A DNA stretch of 64,000 bases from an uncultured bacterium (GTDB lineage Bacteria > Krumholzibacteriota > Krumholzibacteriia > LZORAL124-64-63): positions 480,001-544,000 of the forward strand of contig CAVSGO010000005.1 of the NCBI GenBank assembly GCA_963727525.1, read 5' to 3'. The notes under the pieces are model-generated. The model ran no database searches. It was given only the letters and a program-made list of their open reading frames with translations, and was not told the origin of the DNA. Positions 38,512-47,152 of the stretch are shown here, one piece after another; the first letter of the stretch is position 1, and each line of letters begins with the position of its first letter. The position numbers and the translations under genes are program-made.

Positions 38512-39642
38512 ATGCCCATCGCTATTGAGCCCGTGCGCAGCAAGGCCGATCTCGACGCGTTCCTGCGCGTCCCCTACACGGTGTACGGGATCGACCATCC
38601 GCAGTACGTCTATCCGCTGCTCGGGCACATGAAGCAGTTCCTCGATCCGCAGAAGAATCCGTTCTTCCGCCATGCGGAGACCGAGAAGTGGATCGCGCGG
38701 GACGAAGGCGGCAAGGTGGTAGGTCGCATCGCGGCGGCCGTCGACCACACGAGCAACCAGTACCACGATGAGCTGGTGGGATTCTTCGGCTTCTACGAGT
38801 GCACGGACGACCTTGCCGTGGCGCACGCCCTGCTGGGTACCGCCCGGCGCTGGATCGCCGATCACGAACTGGCGACCATGCGGGGCCCGGGCTGCTTCAC
38901 CACCAATCACGACTACCTCGGCCTGCTCGTGCAGGGCTACGACGAGCGGCCGCTCATCGGCATGCCATGGCAGCCGCCCTACTACCAGCAGCATTTCGAG
39001 GATTTCGGCTTGCAGAAATCCAAGGATCTTTGGGCCTGGGACATCCACCCCGCCGACAACGTCATCCCCGAGCGCATCGTGCGCTTCTCCGAGCGCATCA
39101 AGGCGCGGCAGACGTTCACCATCCGTCGCTTCCGCATGAAGAAGTTCTGGGAGGACGTGGAGACGGTGCGCGAGATCTACTCGGCCGCCTGGGCCGACAA
39201 CTGGGGTTTCGTACCCATGGACGAGGTGGAGTTCCGGTACGCCGCCAAGGACATGAAGAGCATGGTCGACCCGGGCTTCCTCCTCATCGCCGAGATCGGC
39301 GACGAACCCATCGGTTTCTGCATGACCACCCAAGACTTCCACGAGGCCATGTACCCGCTGAAAGGTCGACTGCTGCCGTTCGGATGGTTGAAATTCCTGC
39401 TCGCTAAGGGCAAGATCAAGCGGGCGCGCACATTGCTGCTGGGGGTCAAGCCGGAACACCGGTCGAGGGGAGTCGACGTGCTCCTGGTCTACGAGACGAT
39501 GAAGTACGGCATCGGGCGCGGCATCAACCGCAGCCAGTGCTCGTGGATCCTCGAGGACAATGTCGGCATGAACCGCATCCTCGAGAACTACGGCGCCACC
39601 GTATCCAACGTGTATCGTATCTACGAAATGCCGGCCCCATGA
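38512..39642 (+). CDS. Tandem-GNAT acyltransferase, bacterial ceramide synthase-like (bCerS/YghO family)
   Basis: NPFF.HA, VGRIAA, GFFGFYE, RGP, P.YY...FE..G..K..D, AW..NWGFVP, G.L.PFGW.K, LGV..EHR.RG, SWILEDN..M, YRIYE. Confidence 0.8.
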   Translation: MPIAIEPVRSKADLDAFLRVPYTVYGIDHPQYVYPLLGHMKQFLDPQKNPFFRHAETEKWIARDEGGKVVGRIAAAVDHTSNQYHDELVGFFGFYECTDDLAVAHALLGTARRWIADHELATMRGPGCFTTNHDYLGLLVQGYDERPLIGMPWQPPYYQQHFEDFGLQKSKDLWAWDIHPADNVIPERIVRFSERIKARQTFTIRRFRMKKFWEDVETVREIYSAAWADNWGFVPMDEVEFRYAAKDMKSMVDPGFLLIAEIGDEPIGFCMTTQDFHEAMYPLKGRLLPFGWLKFLLAKGKIKRARTLLLGVKPEHRSRGVDVLLVYETMKYGIGRGINRSQCSWILEDNVGMNRILENYGATVSNVYRIYEMPAP

Positions 39643-40688
39643 GCGCGGGCGGGACGCGCTCTCCCACGCCCGAAGCCGGTGGGATGATCGCCGTCACCGG
39701 CGCCACCGGGTTCCTCGGCAGCCATATCTGCGACATCCTGATGCAGCGCGGCTATCGCATCCGCGCGGCCGCGCGCGCCACGAGCGACCTGCGCTGGCTG
39801 CGCGGCAAGCCGATCGAGGTGGCGACGGTGGACCTCGCGGACAGCGCCCGCGTGCGCGCGTTCGTGACAGCCTGCGATGCCGTCGTGCACTGCGCCGGCC
39901 GCGTGTCCGGGTCCGGCGAGGACGACTACCAGCAAGCCAACGTCGTGCCCACGCGGACTCTGCTGGAAGCGGCGTCGCTCGAACGCGCGCCGGGCTGCTT
40001 CGTCTACGTCTCGTCGCTGGCCGCGCACGGTCCGGCGGGGCCGCAGGCGCCGGCGACCGAGGACGGTCCGCTGCAGCCCGTCTCGGCCTACGGCCGGAGC
40101 AAGCGCGACGCCGAATCCCTCGTGCACGGGCGCCCCTGGCCGTTTCGCGTGGTGACGCTGCGGCCGCCGTCCCTCTACGGCCCGCGCGACCGTGAATTCC
40201 TGCCGCTCTTCAAGGCCGCCAGCCGCGGCTGGACGGCGACCCTGGGCAACTTGCAGGCCATCTCCCTCGTGGACGGACGCGACGCGGCGAGCGCTGCCGT
40301 GTCGCTGATGGAGACACCGGATACGCACGGCGCCTACTTCGTCGACGACGGCGTCGACGAGGACGGCAAGGAGGCGGCACGCCGGCGCCTGGCCTGGGGC
40401 TACACCTGGGACGAGATCCACTACGCCCTGGCCGTGGTCTGGCGACGACGCGTGCGCGAGCTGACTCTGCCCATGCCGCTGCTGCGCGCTGCGGCGGTCG
40501 TGATGCCCTCGCGCTGGCGTCGGTCGGCCGCCCTGCTGAGCGACGACCGGCTGCGGGATCTCGGCGCCCAGGGCTGGGTGTGCAGTGCGGCCCGGCTGCG
40601 CCGCGAGACCGCCTGGCGCCCCCGCCACGACCTGGTCGCTGGATTCCAGGACACGCGCGATTTCTTCGAGCGCAACGGATGGTTGTGA
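39639..40688 (+). CDS. NAD-dependent epimerase/dehydratase (extended SDR), ceramide/ketosphingoid reductase-like
   Basis: VTGATGFLG, VVHCAG, YVSSLAA.GP, YGRSK, RPPSLYGPRD; ATGA overlap with the preceding gene. Confidence 0.75.
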   Translation: MSAGGTRSPTPEAGGMIAVTGATGFLGSHICDILMQRGYRIRAAARATSDLRWLRGKPIEVATVDLADSARVRAFVTACDAVVHCAGRVSGSGEDDYQQANVVPTRTLLEAASLERAPGCFVYVSSLAAHGPAGPQAPATEDGPLQPVSAYGRSKRDAESLVHGRPWPFRVVTLRPPSLYGPRDREFLPLFKAASRGWTATLGNLQAISLVDGRDAASAAVSLMETPDTHGAYFVDDGVDEDGKEAARRRLAWGYTWDEIHYALAVVWRRRVRELTLPMPLLRAAAVVMPSRWRRSAALLSDDRLRDLGAQGWVCSAARLRRETAWRPRHDLVAGFQDTRDFFERNGWL

Positions 40689-41617
40689 TGCGCGGAGCCC
40701 TGGCGGCGCAGCAGCCCTGGCGGCGCGCGGTCGACCGCTGGGCCGTGGTCTACGTCCTGGTGACGGGGCTGCTACCGCTCCTGGATCCGGCGGTGTTCAG
40801 CGAGGTCCCCACCGGCCCCCCTCTGGGCCTCGGCCCGCACATCGCCCTGCATCTCGGGCTCGCCGCCTTGCTCTGGGTGCTCCCTCCCTGGCTGCGCAGT
40901 CGCGAGTCGTTCGCGCCGCGCTTGCTGGCCGAGATCACCGTACCGCTGCTCTTTCCGCTCTTCTATAGCGAGCTGGCCTACCTCGGCCAGATCTACTTCA
41001 ACGTGAACGCGAGCTTCGACCCCTGGCTCATCGACATCGAACAATCGATCTTCGGGGGCCAGCCCAGCCTGCTCTGGTCCGAGCGCATGCCGTGGCCCTG
41101 GCTGCACGAGTACTTCGAGTTCGCGTACTTCAGCTACTACCTCTTCGCCGCCGGCGCGCTCTTCATGATCTGGCGCCTGGGCGACGCCACGCGCGACGAA
41201 CGCTGGCGGCACACGACCGGCATGGTGCGCGACCTCGTGGCCGTCATGCTCACGTGCTATGCGTGGTACATCGTGTTGCCGGTGTGGGGGCCGAAGTACT
41301 TCGCGAAGATCGGCGTTGCCGGCCCGGTGGAGGTAGGCGGCGGCATCTTCACGAGGATCATGCACTATATCCACGCCCACGGCGCCCTGCACGGCGCGGC
41401 GTTCCCCAGCTCGCACGTGGCGGGCTCGATGGTACCTTGGTGGTGGACGTGGCGGCTCTTCCCACGGCAGCGCTGGTGGACAACCGCCCTCTGGCTCTCG
41501 CTCTGCGCGTCCATCATCTACTGCCGCTATCACTATGGCGTGGATCTGATCGGTGGGGTGCTCTGGGGGGCCCTCGTCATCGGAGCGTCGCGGCGTTTTC
41601 GGGACTTTTCCAGTTGA
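40688..41617 (+). CDS. PAP2-superfamily membrane phosphotransferase, Aur1/IPC-synthase-like
   Basis: Multi-TM; E.F.FAYFSYY, Y...PV.GP, AAFPSSHV, RYHYGVD. Confidence 0.75.
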   Translation: MRGALAAQQPWRRAVDRWAVVYVLVTGLLPLLDPAVFSEVPTGPPLGLGPHIALHLGLAALLWVLPPWLRSRESFAPRLLAEITVPLLFPLFYSELAYLGQIYFNVNASFDPWLIDIEQSIFGGQPSLLWSERMPWPWLHEYFEFAYFSYYLFAAGALFMIWRLGDATRDERWRHTTGMVRDLVAVMLTCYAWYIVLPVWGPKYFAKIGVAGPVEVGGGIFTRIMHYIHAHGALHGAAFPSSHVAGSMVPWWWTWRLFPRQRWWTTALWLSLCASIIYCRYHYGVDLIGGVLWGALVIGASRRFRDFSS

Positions 41618-41710
41618 ATTTGTCTATCGATTAGCTACAATGGTGCCGGTGCCCGGCTGGGTTTCTCCCTCCAATCCCCCGACTTGGTCGGGCACCACCC
41701 GACAGTTCTC

Positions 41711-41752
41711 GCGCGTCAGGCGGCCCTCCGGGCCGCCTTCGTGCTACGCGCC
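41711..41752 (-). promoter_or_regulatory. Candidate SECIS element for TGA 41753-41755
   Basis: After UGA: G-GCGCGU-AGCACGA-AGGCGGCCC-GGA-GGGCCGCCU-G-ACGCGC (6-bp lower stem, 9-bp upper stem, G-first loop 23 nt from UGA). Confidence 0.6.
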
Positions 41753-41941
41753 TCAGCTGAAGCCGCTACCGCAAGACGGCCCACCTTCGCCGCCGCCGGT
41801 GGCGAAGGTCGACAGGGCGCGCTCCACGTCGTGCGACGCGCACTGCGGGCACTGGGCCTCGCCGGCCTCCATCTCCGCGAATGTGAGGATGTCCTCGAAC
41901 GACGTGCCGCACGCGCGGCAGCTGAATTCGAAGATCGGCAT
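41744..41941 (-). CDS. FmdB-family zinc-ribbon protein, probable selenoprotein ending CGSGFS-U-GA
   Basis: AGGAGG SD; MPIFEFSCRACG..FE....CPQCAS..VER.LSTF; TGA at 41753 followed by GGC GCG TAG. Ends at 41753 if TGA is a true stop. Confidence 0.8.
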
Positions 41942-41973
41942 GAATCCTGTCCTCCTGCTGTCGAACTCCCGGA

Positions 41974-42123
41974 TCACTGTCCGGACTTGGTTTCTTTCGG
42001 TTTCTTGTGCGGGTCTCCGACCTCGCAGACGTCCGCCGCTCAGCCCGGGCGGAAACCGAGCCGCGGCAGGATCACGTTGACCACCACGAGGTAGGCCACG
42101 ATGAAGATGATCAGCTTGATCAC
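41974..42123 (-). CDS. Small single-TM protein with in-frame TGA, candidate selenoprotein (49 aa)
   Basis: GAGGAG SD then GTG; MIKLIIFIVAYLVVVNVILPRLGFRPG-U(TGA 42040-42042)-AADVCEVGDPHKKPKETKSGQ*; GC3-rich codons before the TGA. Confidence 0.6.
42008..42039 (-). promoter_or_regulatory. Candidate SECIS element for TGA 42040-42042
   Basis: After UGA: 12 nt, then UGCG-A-GGUC-GGA-GACC-CGCA; loop 21 nt from UGA with the same C-GGA-G apex as the other element. Confidence 0.55.
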
Positions 42124-42154
42124 GGTCCGGCTCCTCTTCGATCGTCCATCTACA

Positions 42155-42180
42155 GTCAACTATCTGCAAATCTAGTTAAC
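42155..42180. promoter_or_regulatory. Imperfect inverted repeat, putative operator
   Basis: GTCAACTA-N10-TAGTTAAC (7/8 match) between the putative -10 and the GTG start. Confidence 0.4.
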
Positions 42181-42184
42181 CCTT

Positions 42185-42212
42185 AATTTATCGGTTTTAG
42201 CCGCCCTGTCAA
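42185..42212 (-). promoter_or_regulatory. Putative sigma-70 promoter for the two small genes
   Basis: TTGACA-N16-TAAATT on the minus strand within an AT-rich patch. Confidence 0.5.
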
Positions 42213-42305
42213 GCTCCCCGGGGCCCCTCTTGCCGCGGCCTTCGCCATGGTGTTTACTTCCAGCCCGATCCAAGAACGCCGATCACCTCGACGCCGGGAG
42301 ACCCC

Positions 42306-44009
42306 GTGAGCCCGTTCCAGCGCACCCTCGTGACCGCCGCCCTGCCCTACGCGAACGGTGACATTCATCTCGGCCACATCGCGGGCGCCTACCTGCCGCC
42401 CGATATCTATGTGCGCTACCTGCGCTTGCGCGGACGACCGGTGCTTTTCATCTGCGGCACCGACGAGTACGGCGTGCCCATCACCCTGGCCGCCGAGAAG
42501 CTCGGCATCACGCCCAAGGCGCTGGTGGACCGCAACTACGTGACGATCCGCGATTCCTTCGCCGGCCTGGGCATCGCTTTCGACAACTTCTCCCAGACCA
42601 GCCGCGCGATCCACACCGAGACCAGCCAGGCGTTCTTCCTCGATCTGCACGGTCAGGGCGTGCTGAAGCAAAAGTCGACCCAGCAGTTCTTCAGCCCCAG
42701 CCAGAAGCGCTTCCTGGCCGACCGCTACATCGAGGGCACCTGCCCACGCTGCCACAAGCCGGGCGCCCGCGGCGACCAGTGCGAGTCGTGCGGTTCGTCG
42801 CTCGATCCCACCGACCTTATCGATCCGCGCGACGTCCTGCACGGCGAACCCCTGGAACTGCGAGAGACCACGCACTGGTTCCTGCCCCTGGGCGACTGGC
42901 AAGAACAACTCGAGGCGTTCATCACCAGTCATCCCGAGTGGAAGGACAACGTCCAGCAGTACTGCCGCTCCTGGCTGACCGAGGGTCTCGAGGACCGCGC
43001 CGTCACGCGCGACATCTCCTGGGGCGTGCCCGTGCCCCTGCCCGACCACGAGGGCAAGGTGCTCTACGTGTGGTTCGACGCGCCCATCGGCTACATCTCC
43101 TCCACGCGCGAATGGGCCATCGCGCAGGGCGACCCCGAAGCGTGGCGGCTGTGGTGGCAGGATCCGGCCACGCGCCTGGTGCACTTCATCGGCAAGGACA
43201 ACATCGTCTTCCACACCCTCATGTTCCCGGCCATGCTCATGGCCCACAGCGAGCCCTGGGTGCTACCCGACAACGTGCCCGCGAACGAGTTCCTCAACCT
43301 CGAGGGCCGCAAGCTGTCCACCAGCCGCGGCTTCGCGGTGTGGCTGCCGGATTACCTCGCGAAGTTCCAGCCGGATCCTCTGCGTTACACCTTGGCGCGC
43401 AACCTGCCCGAGACCCGCGACATGAACTTCACGTGGGAGGGCTTCCTCGCCCGCAACGACAACGAGCTGGGAAACAACTTCGGCAACCTGATCAACCGCG
43501 TCCTCACGTTCATCCACAAGTACTTCGACGGGAACGTGCCCGCGTGGGACCCGTCGCGGCATCAGGACATGGACACGCGCGCCCTCGCCGAGGTGACGGC
43601 GCAGCGCGAGCGATGGGCCGAGCACCTCGAAAAGTTCGAGGTGAAGGCCGCCATGGAGTGCGCCTTCGCCGCCGGTCAGTTGGGCAACCGCTACTTCGAC
43701 GAATCGGCCCCCTTCACCAGCCGCAAGACCGACCTCGCCCGCTGCGCCCACAGCCTGGGCGTGGCTGTGCAGATCCTTCGCCAGCTCGCCGTGATGCTGG
43801 CCCCTGTGTGTCCATTCGCCATGGAAAAGCTCTGGGGCTGGCTGGGCATGAGTACGCCGCTCTTCGACGGCGCCTATGACGAGGGCCTGCAAGACATCCC
43901 GGCGGGCCGCCCTCTCGGCAAGCCGGAGATCCTCTTCCCCCGCCTCGACCCCGCCCTCGTGCAGGCCGAGATCGACCGGCTAAACGCGCTGGTGGCGGAG
44001 CAGGAGTAG
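42306..44009 (+). CDS. metG: Methionine--tRNA ligase (no C-terminal EMAP/tRNA-binding domain)
   Basis: ALPYANG..HLGH, GTDEYG, C..C/C..C knuckle, YVWFDAPIGY, FIGKDNI.FH, KLSTS. Confidence 0.96.
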   Translation: MSPFQRTLVTAALPYANGDIHLGHIAGAYLPPDIYVRYLRLRGRPVLFICGTDEYGVPITLAAEKLGITPKALVDRNYVTIRDSFAGLGIAFDNFSQTSRAIHTETSQAFFLDLHGQGVLKQKSTQQFFSPSQKRFLADRYIEGTCPRCHKPGARGDQCESCGSSLDPTDLIDPRDVLHGEPLELRETTHWFLPLGDWQEQLEAFITSHPEWKDNVQQYCRSWLTEGLEDRAVTRDISWGVPVPLPDHEGKVLYVWFDAPIGYISSTREWAIAQGDPEAWRLWWQDPATRLVHFIGKDNIVFHTLMFPAMLMAHSEPWVLPDNVPANEFLNLEGRKLSTSRGFAVWLPDYLAKFQPDPLRYTLARNLPETRDMNFTWEGFLARNDNELGNNFGNLINRVLTFIHKYFDGNVPAWDPSRHQDMDTRALAEVTAQRERWAEHLEKFEVKAAMECAFAAGQLGNRYFDESAPFTSRKTDLARCAHSLGVAVQILRQLAVMLAPVCPFAMEKLWGWLGMSTPLFDGAYDEGLQDIPAGRPLGKPEILFPRLDPALVQAEIDRLNALVAEQE

Positions 44010-44078
44010 GAGCGGGTCATCCAGCTCCGAGGTGCCGGTGGCACGGTCTTGATCGACCGTCTTTGAACGGCGTGAAGA

Positions 44079-44101
44079 GGCCCCGGGCGAAACCCGGGGC
44101 C
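44079..44101. terminator. Hairpin between convergent metG and the 44142 gene
   Basis: GGCCCCGGG-CGAAA-CCCGGGGCC; followed by TCTTC on the minus strand. Confidence 0.6.
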
Positions 44102-44141
44102 GAAACGAGAAGACGAAAGGTGCTTGAAGGGCCCCTCCGTA

Positions 44142-47012
44142 TCAGCGGACGAGCGTCATCTTGCGCGTCAGCACCTCCCCCTCAGCGTCCAGTCGATAGA
44201 GATACACGCCCGTGGCGACGGAATGGCCATGGCTATCCTCGCCGAGCCATACGGCCTCGTGGCGTCCCGCAGGCAGGTCGCCGTGCACGAGGGTGGTGAC
44301 GAGCCGACCACTAATATCGTACACGTCCAGCGCAACGGGGCCAGCCTGCGTCAGGGCAAAGCGAATCTTCGTCACGGGGTTGAAGGGATTGGGTTGAGCG
44401 GCGGCAAGCGCGAGCGCAACCGGCAGATCGTGATCGCCCGCCGCCGTCGGGTAGGGCGTGGTCGACGGCACACCGATGAAGTCGACGAATACGTCGAGTC
44501 CCTCGCTCGCCGTCAAGACGAGCTGGAAGCCCGTCGTCGGCGCCAGCGAGGTGAGATCGAGATCGATCGGACTCGTGTCCGTCACCGGAATGGTGAATGT
44601 ATCTCCCGTGGTGGGACAGTCGATGACGAGATCGCCCGGATTCTCCACGGACGCGATGCGAACCACCACACCCAGGTTCGCCCAGAAGTCATTCCAGACC
44701 GGGATCGGGTGGTTCAGCGTGAGCGACCGCACACCGGTCGGGGTATCGCTCAGGCGCCGGGGCACGCTCGCCAGGTTGATGCCGAGGGAACCGTCGATCG
44801 AGACGTCGGGCCCGGCCGGATTGCCGAACTCACCCTCGCTACCGTCGGTACCGCCCAGCGAGAAGCCGCCGTAGTCCTCCTCGTTGCTTGGCGTGCTGTC
44901 GTCACCCGTGCCGGCCGCGACGATCTCCACCCCGAGGGTGTTGGGGACATACGCGCCCTCGTACTTGTAGTCGTCGTCGTTGTGGATGGCGATCGTCACA
45001 GGGTAGTCGTACGGATTCACCCACTCGCGCGTCTCGTCGTTGTTGTTGTTCCAGACCTCCACTTCCACCCACTCGGGAGGATCGACGGTCCGGTCGAGGC
45101 GATAGACCCGGACGTTCTGGCACCGCGAGTATCCGCCACCAAAGGTGATCTTGAGCTTCTTGCCGGGCGGTATGGTGCGCTCGAACCACTCGCAGTATTT
45201 ATGGTACGTGTGCGTGTCGGGGACGGCGGTGACCGTGTCGTCATAGCTTTCCGAGAAGGCAGCCTCCACGATGGCCACCGCGGCCACCGGATCGGCGCCG
45301 GGTGCGGGTTCGATCCACCCATCGAGGCCCGGCAGATGGATGATGCCGCCGCCCAGCTCGTCGATGTCGCTGGTCTCCTGCTTCGTGCCGGTGCTGTCTT
45401 CCTGCGCCGTGTCGTGCTTGTAGCTGACTTTCGGCACGCCGTTCACGGTGTGGGTCCCGGTGACGACGACAGCATGGCCGCCGTCGCGACGCAGCGTGTC
45501 ATTGTAGATGTAGTAGAACCCCACGCCGAGCTCCACATCCTCCCCGTGCGCCGATTCGGACTCGATCCAGCCACGGTCGGGGAACGCGGTGTCCGCCCCA
45601 TCACTGTCGGTCGCTTGCGACTCGCCCGTGGAACTGGCGACGTTGCCCTCGACGCTCTTGGCCTGGTATTTCACATGGATCGGCAATCCGTACGCCTCGA
45701 TGAAGTCGAGCTTGGCCTTGATGATGTCTTCAGGACCAGCGCCTTGCCGGGCCAGGCGGTTCATGAGATTGCTCAGCTGCTCGAAGGTCTCGCGCAGACC
45801 GGGCGGGAAGTCGATTTCCGGATGCTTGTTCTTCAACCAGGTCAGGCTGTTGGCACACGCGGCCGGCGCGCATCCGTTCCAGTCGGTGGTGGACATGGTG
45901 CTATCGAGCTGCACGTTCGGCATGTCGCACCCGATGAAACTGTTGACCTCGATCTCCAGCGGCAGCGCGGAGGGCAACCACCAGCGGGCAGCACTCACGT
46001 CGATCGCCGGAGACACGCTCGCGCCCGTCAGGCCGTGCGTCTCCACGCGTTCCTGCTGGACGGACGCCGGCCCCTGCATGGCCAGGCTGTTGTACCAGTC
46101 GGTGACCTGATCGTCGTTGAGGGGATCCGCGGTGATCGTGTAACCGTAGACCATGTCCGGCACCACGATGCCGTTCGTGATGGTCATGCCATTCATGGGG
46201 AACCGTACATCGAACGACTCCAGAGGCGGTCCCATGCCAGCTCCCGGCACCAGCATGTTGCGGACGATCCACTCGGCAGTCGTCGAGATGTCCGGGACGT
46301 ATGCCGCCATGTTGAGAAAGCCCATCGCCGGCGGCACCTCGAAGTCGAGGCTCACGCGGCCGATGCTGGAGTTCGGGACGTCTCCGTAGCCCTCGTAACC
46401 GAAAGTCAGCTGTGCGAACGAGACATCGAATTGTGGCGGCGGCACACCGTAGTCGAGGCGAAGCTGGTACGTACCACAATCGCCGCCCCAGCCGTCGACA
46501 ACGATGAAATACGGAATGCCGGCCACGACCGGCAGCGCATCGATGCGTGACACCCATGCGCCACATGGATCTCCGGGTCGGTAGTAGTCATCGTTGCAGG
46601 CCACCGGATTGCCCGGCGTGTAGGCTCCCGCGTAGACGAAGATCTTGGTGTCGTAATCACTGCCGCACAGATCGATCGTGAGCAGGTGATCCTCCTGCGG
46701 CACGTACACGTAGACGACGTCGGGCGACGTCGACCCCGTGGAGGGACACGCCTCGTCGTAGTCGTCGATGTGACTGCAGGTGAAGCCGGTATCGAGGAAC
46801 GGCAAGACCTCGACGAACTGGGCGTCTTGGATGGTCTCGCCTCCATCACGGGTTCCCCCGCCCGCGACGGTATGATGCACGGGATGCGACTTCGGCATGG
46901 TCGGGACGGCGGTCGCGTTCGCCAGCGGCGGACGATCGGCCGGCGTGGCGGCCATGGCCCCGGCCGCCACCGCGAGAACGAGCAGGGAATACACGAGTAA
47001 ACCACGTGTCAT
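44142..47012 (-). CDS. Large secreted protein with a putative papain-fold Cys protease domain and FlgD-Ig/T9SS-like tail
   Basis: Signal peptide; Cys/Asp-rich N-domain shared with the 48787 gene; GCAPAACAN and GGHAVVVTG; PNPFNP...VATGVYLYRL...RKMTLVR. Confidence 0.75.
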   Translation of the reverse strand: MTRGLLVYSLLVLAVAAGAMAATPADRPPLANATAVPTMPKSHPVHHTVAGGGTRDGGETIQDAQFVEVLPFLDTGFTCSHIDDYDEACPSTGSTSPDVVYVYVPQEDHLLTIDLCGSDYDTKIFVYAGAYTPGNPVACNDDYYRPGDPCGAWVSRIDALPVVAGIPYFIVVDGWGGDCGTYQLRLDYGVPPPQFDVSFAQLTFGYEGYGDVPNSSIGRVSLDFEVPPAMGFLNMAAYVPDISTTAEWIVRNMLVPGAGMGPPLESFDVRFPMNGMTITNGIVVPDMVYGYTITADPLNDDQVTDWYNSLAMQGPASVQQERVETHGLTGASVSPAIDVSAARWWLPSALPLEIEVNSFIGCDMPNVQLDSTMSTTDWNGCAPAACANSLTWLKNKHPEIDFPPGLRETFEQLSNLMNRLARQGAGPEDIIKAKLDFIEAYGLPIHVKYQAKSVEGNVASSTGESQATDSDGADTAFPDRGWIESESAHGEDVELGVGFYYIYNDTLRRDGGHAVVVTGTHTVNGVPKVSYKHDTAQEDSTGTKQETSDIDELGGGIIHLPGLDGWIEPAPGADPVAAVAIVEAAFSESYDDTVTAVPDTHTYHKYCEWFERTIPPGKKLKITFGGGYSRCQNVRVYRLDRTVDPPEWVEVEVWNNNNDETREWVNPYDYPVTIAIHNDDDYKYEGAYVPNTLGVEIVAAGTGDDSTPSNEEDYGGFSLGGTDGSEGEFGNPAGPDVSIDGSLGINLASVPRRLSDTPTGVRSLTLNHPIPVWNDFWANLGVVVRIASVENPGDLVIDCPTTGDTFTIPVTDTSPIDLDLTSLAPTTGFQLVLTASEGLDVFVDFIGVPSTTPYPTAAGDHDLPVALALAAAQPNPFNPVTKIRFALTQAGPVALDVYDISGRLVTTLVHGDLPAGRHEAVWLGEDSHGHSVATGVYLYRLDAEGEVLTRKMTLVR

Positions 47013-47152
47013 GGTCGTGCCTCCGGATCTGGTGGGAACGTCGATCTCCGGAGTAGAGACCGGTCAGTGATACCGGCAGCCTATCATAACACGAGTTTTT
47101 TTGTCGTAATAGATTTCCGTATGATGCATACGCACCGCAACGGCGGGTCCGA

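Noticed and set aside
41753-42169. 138-aa ORF from the ORF track
   Set aside because: The N-terminal extension is spurious. The FmdB domain has its own SD and ATG at 41941, and the upstream DNA encodes a separate small ORF in another frame.
44050-44115. Hammerhead-ribozyme-like string (TGAAGAG-stem-CGAAAC)
   Set aside because: The core reads GUGAAGA rather than CUGANGA, and there is no NUH cleavage triplet or stem III partner. A terminator between convergent genes explains the hairpin.
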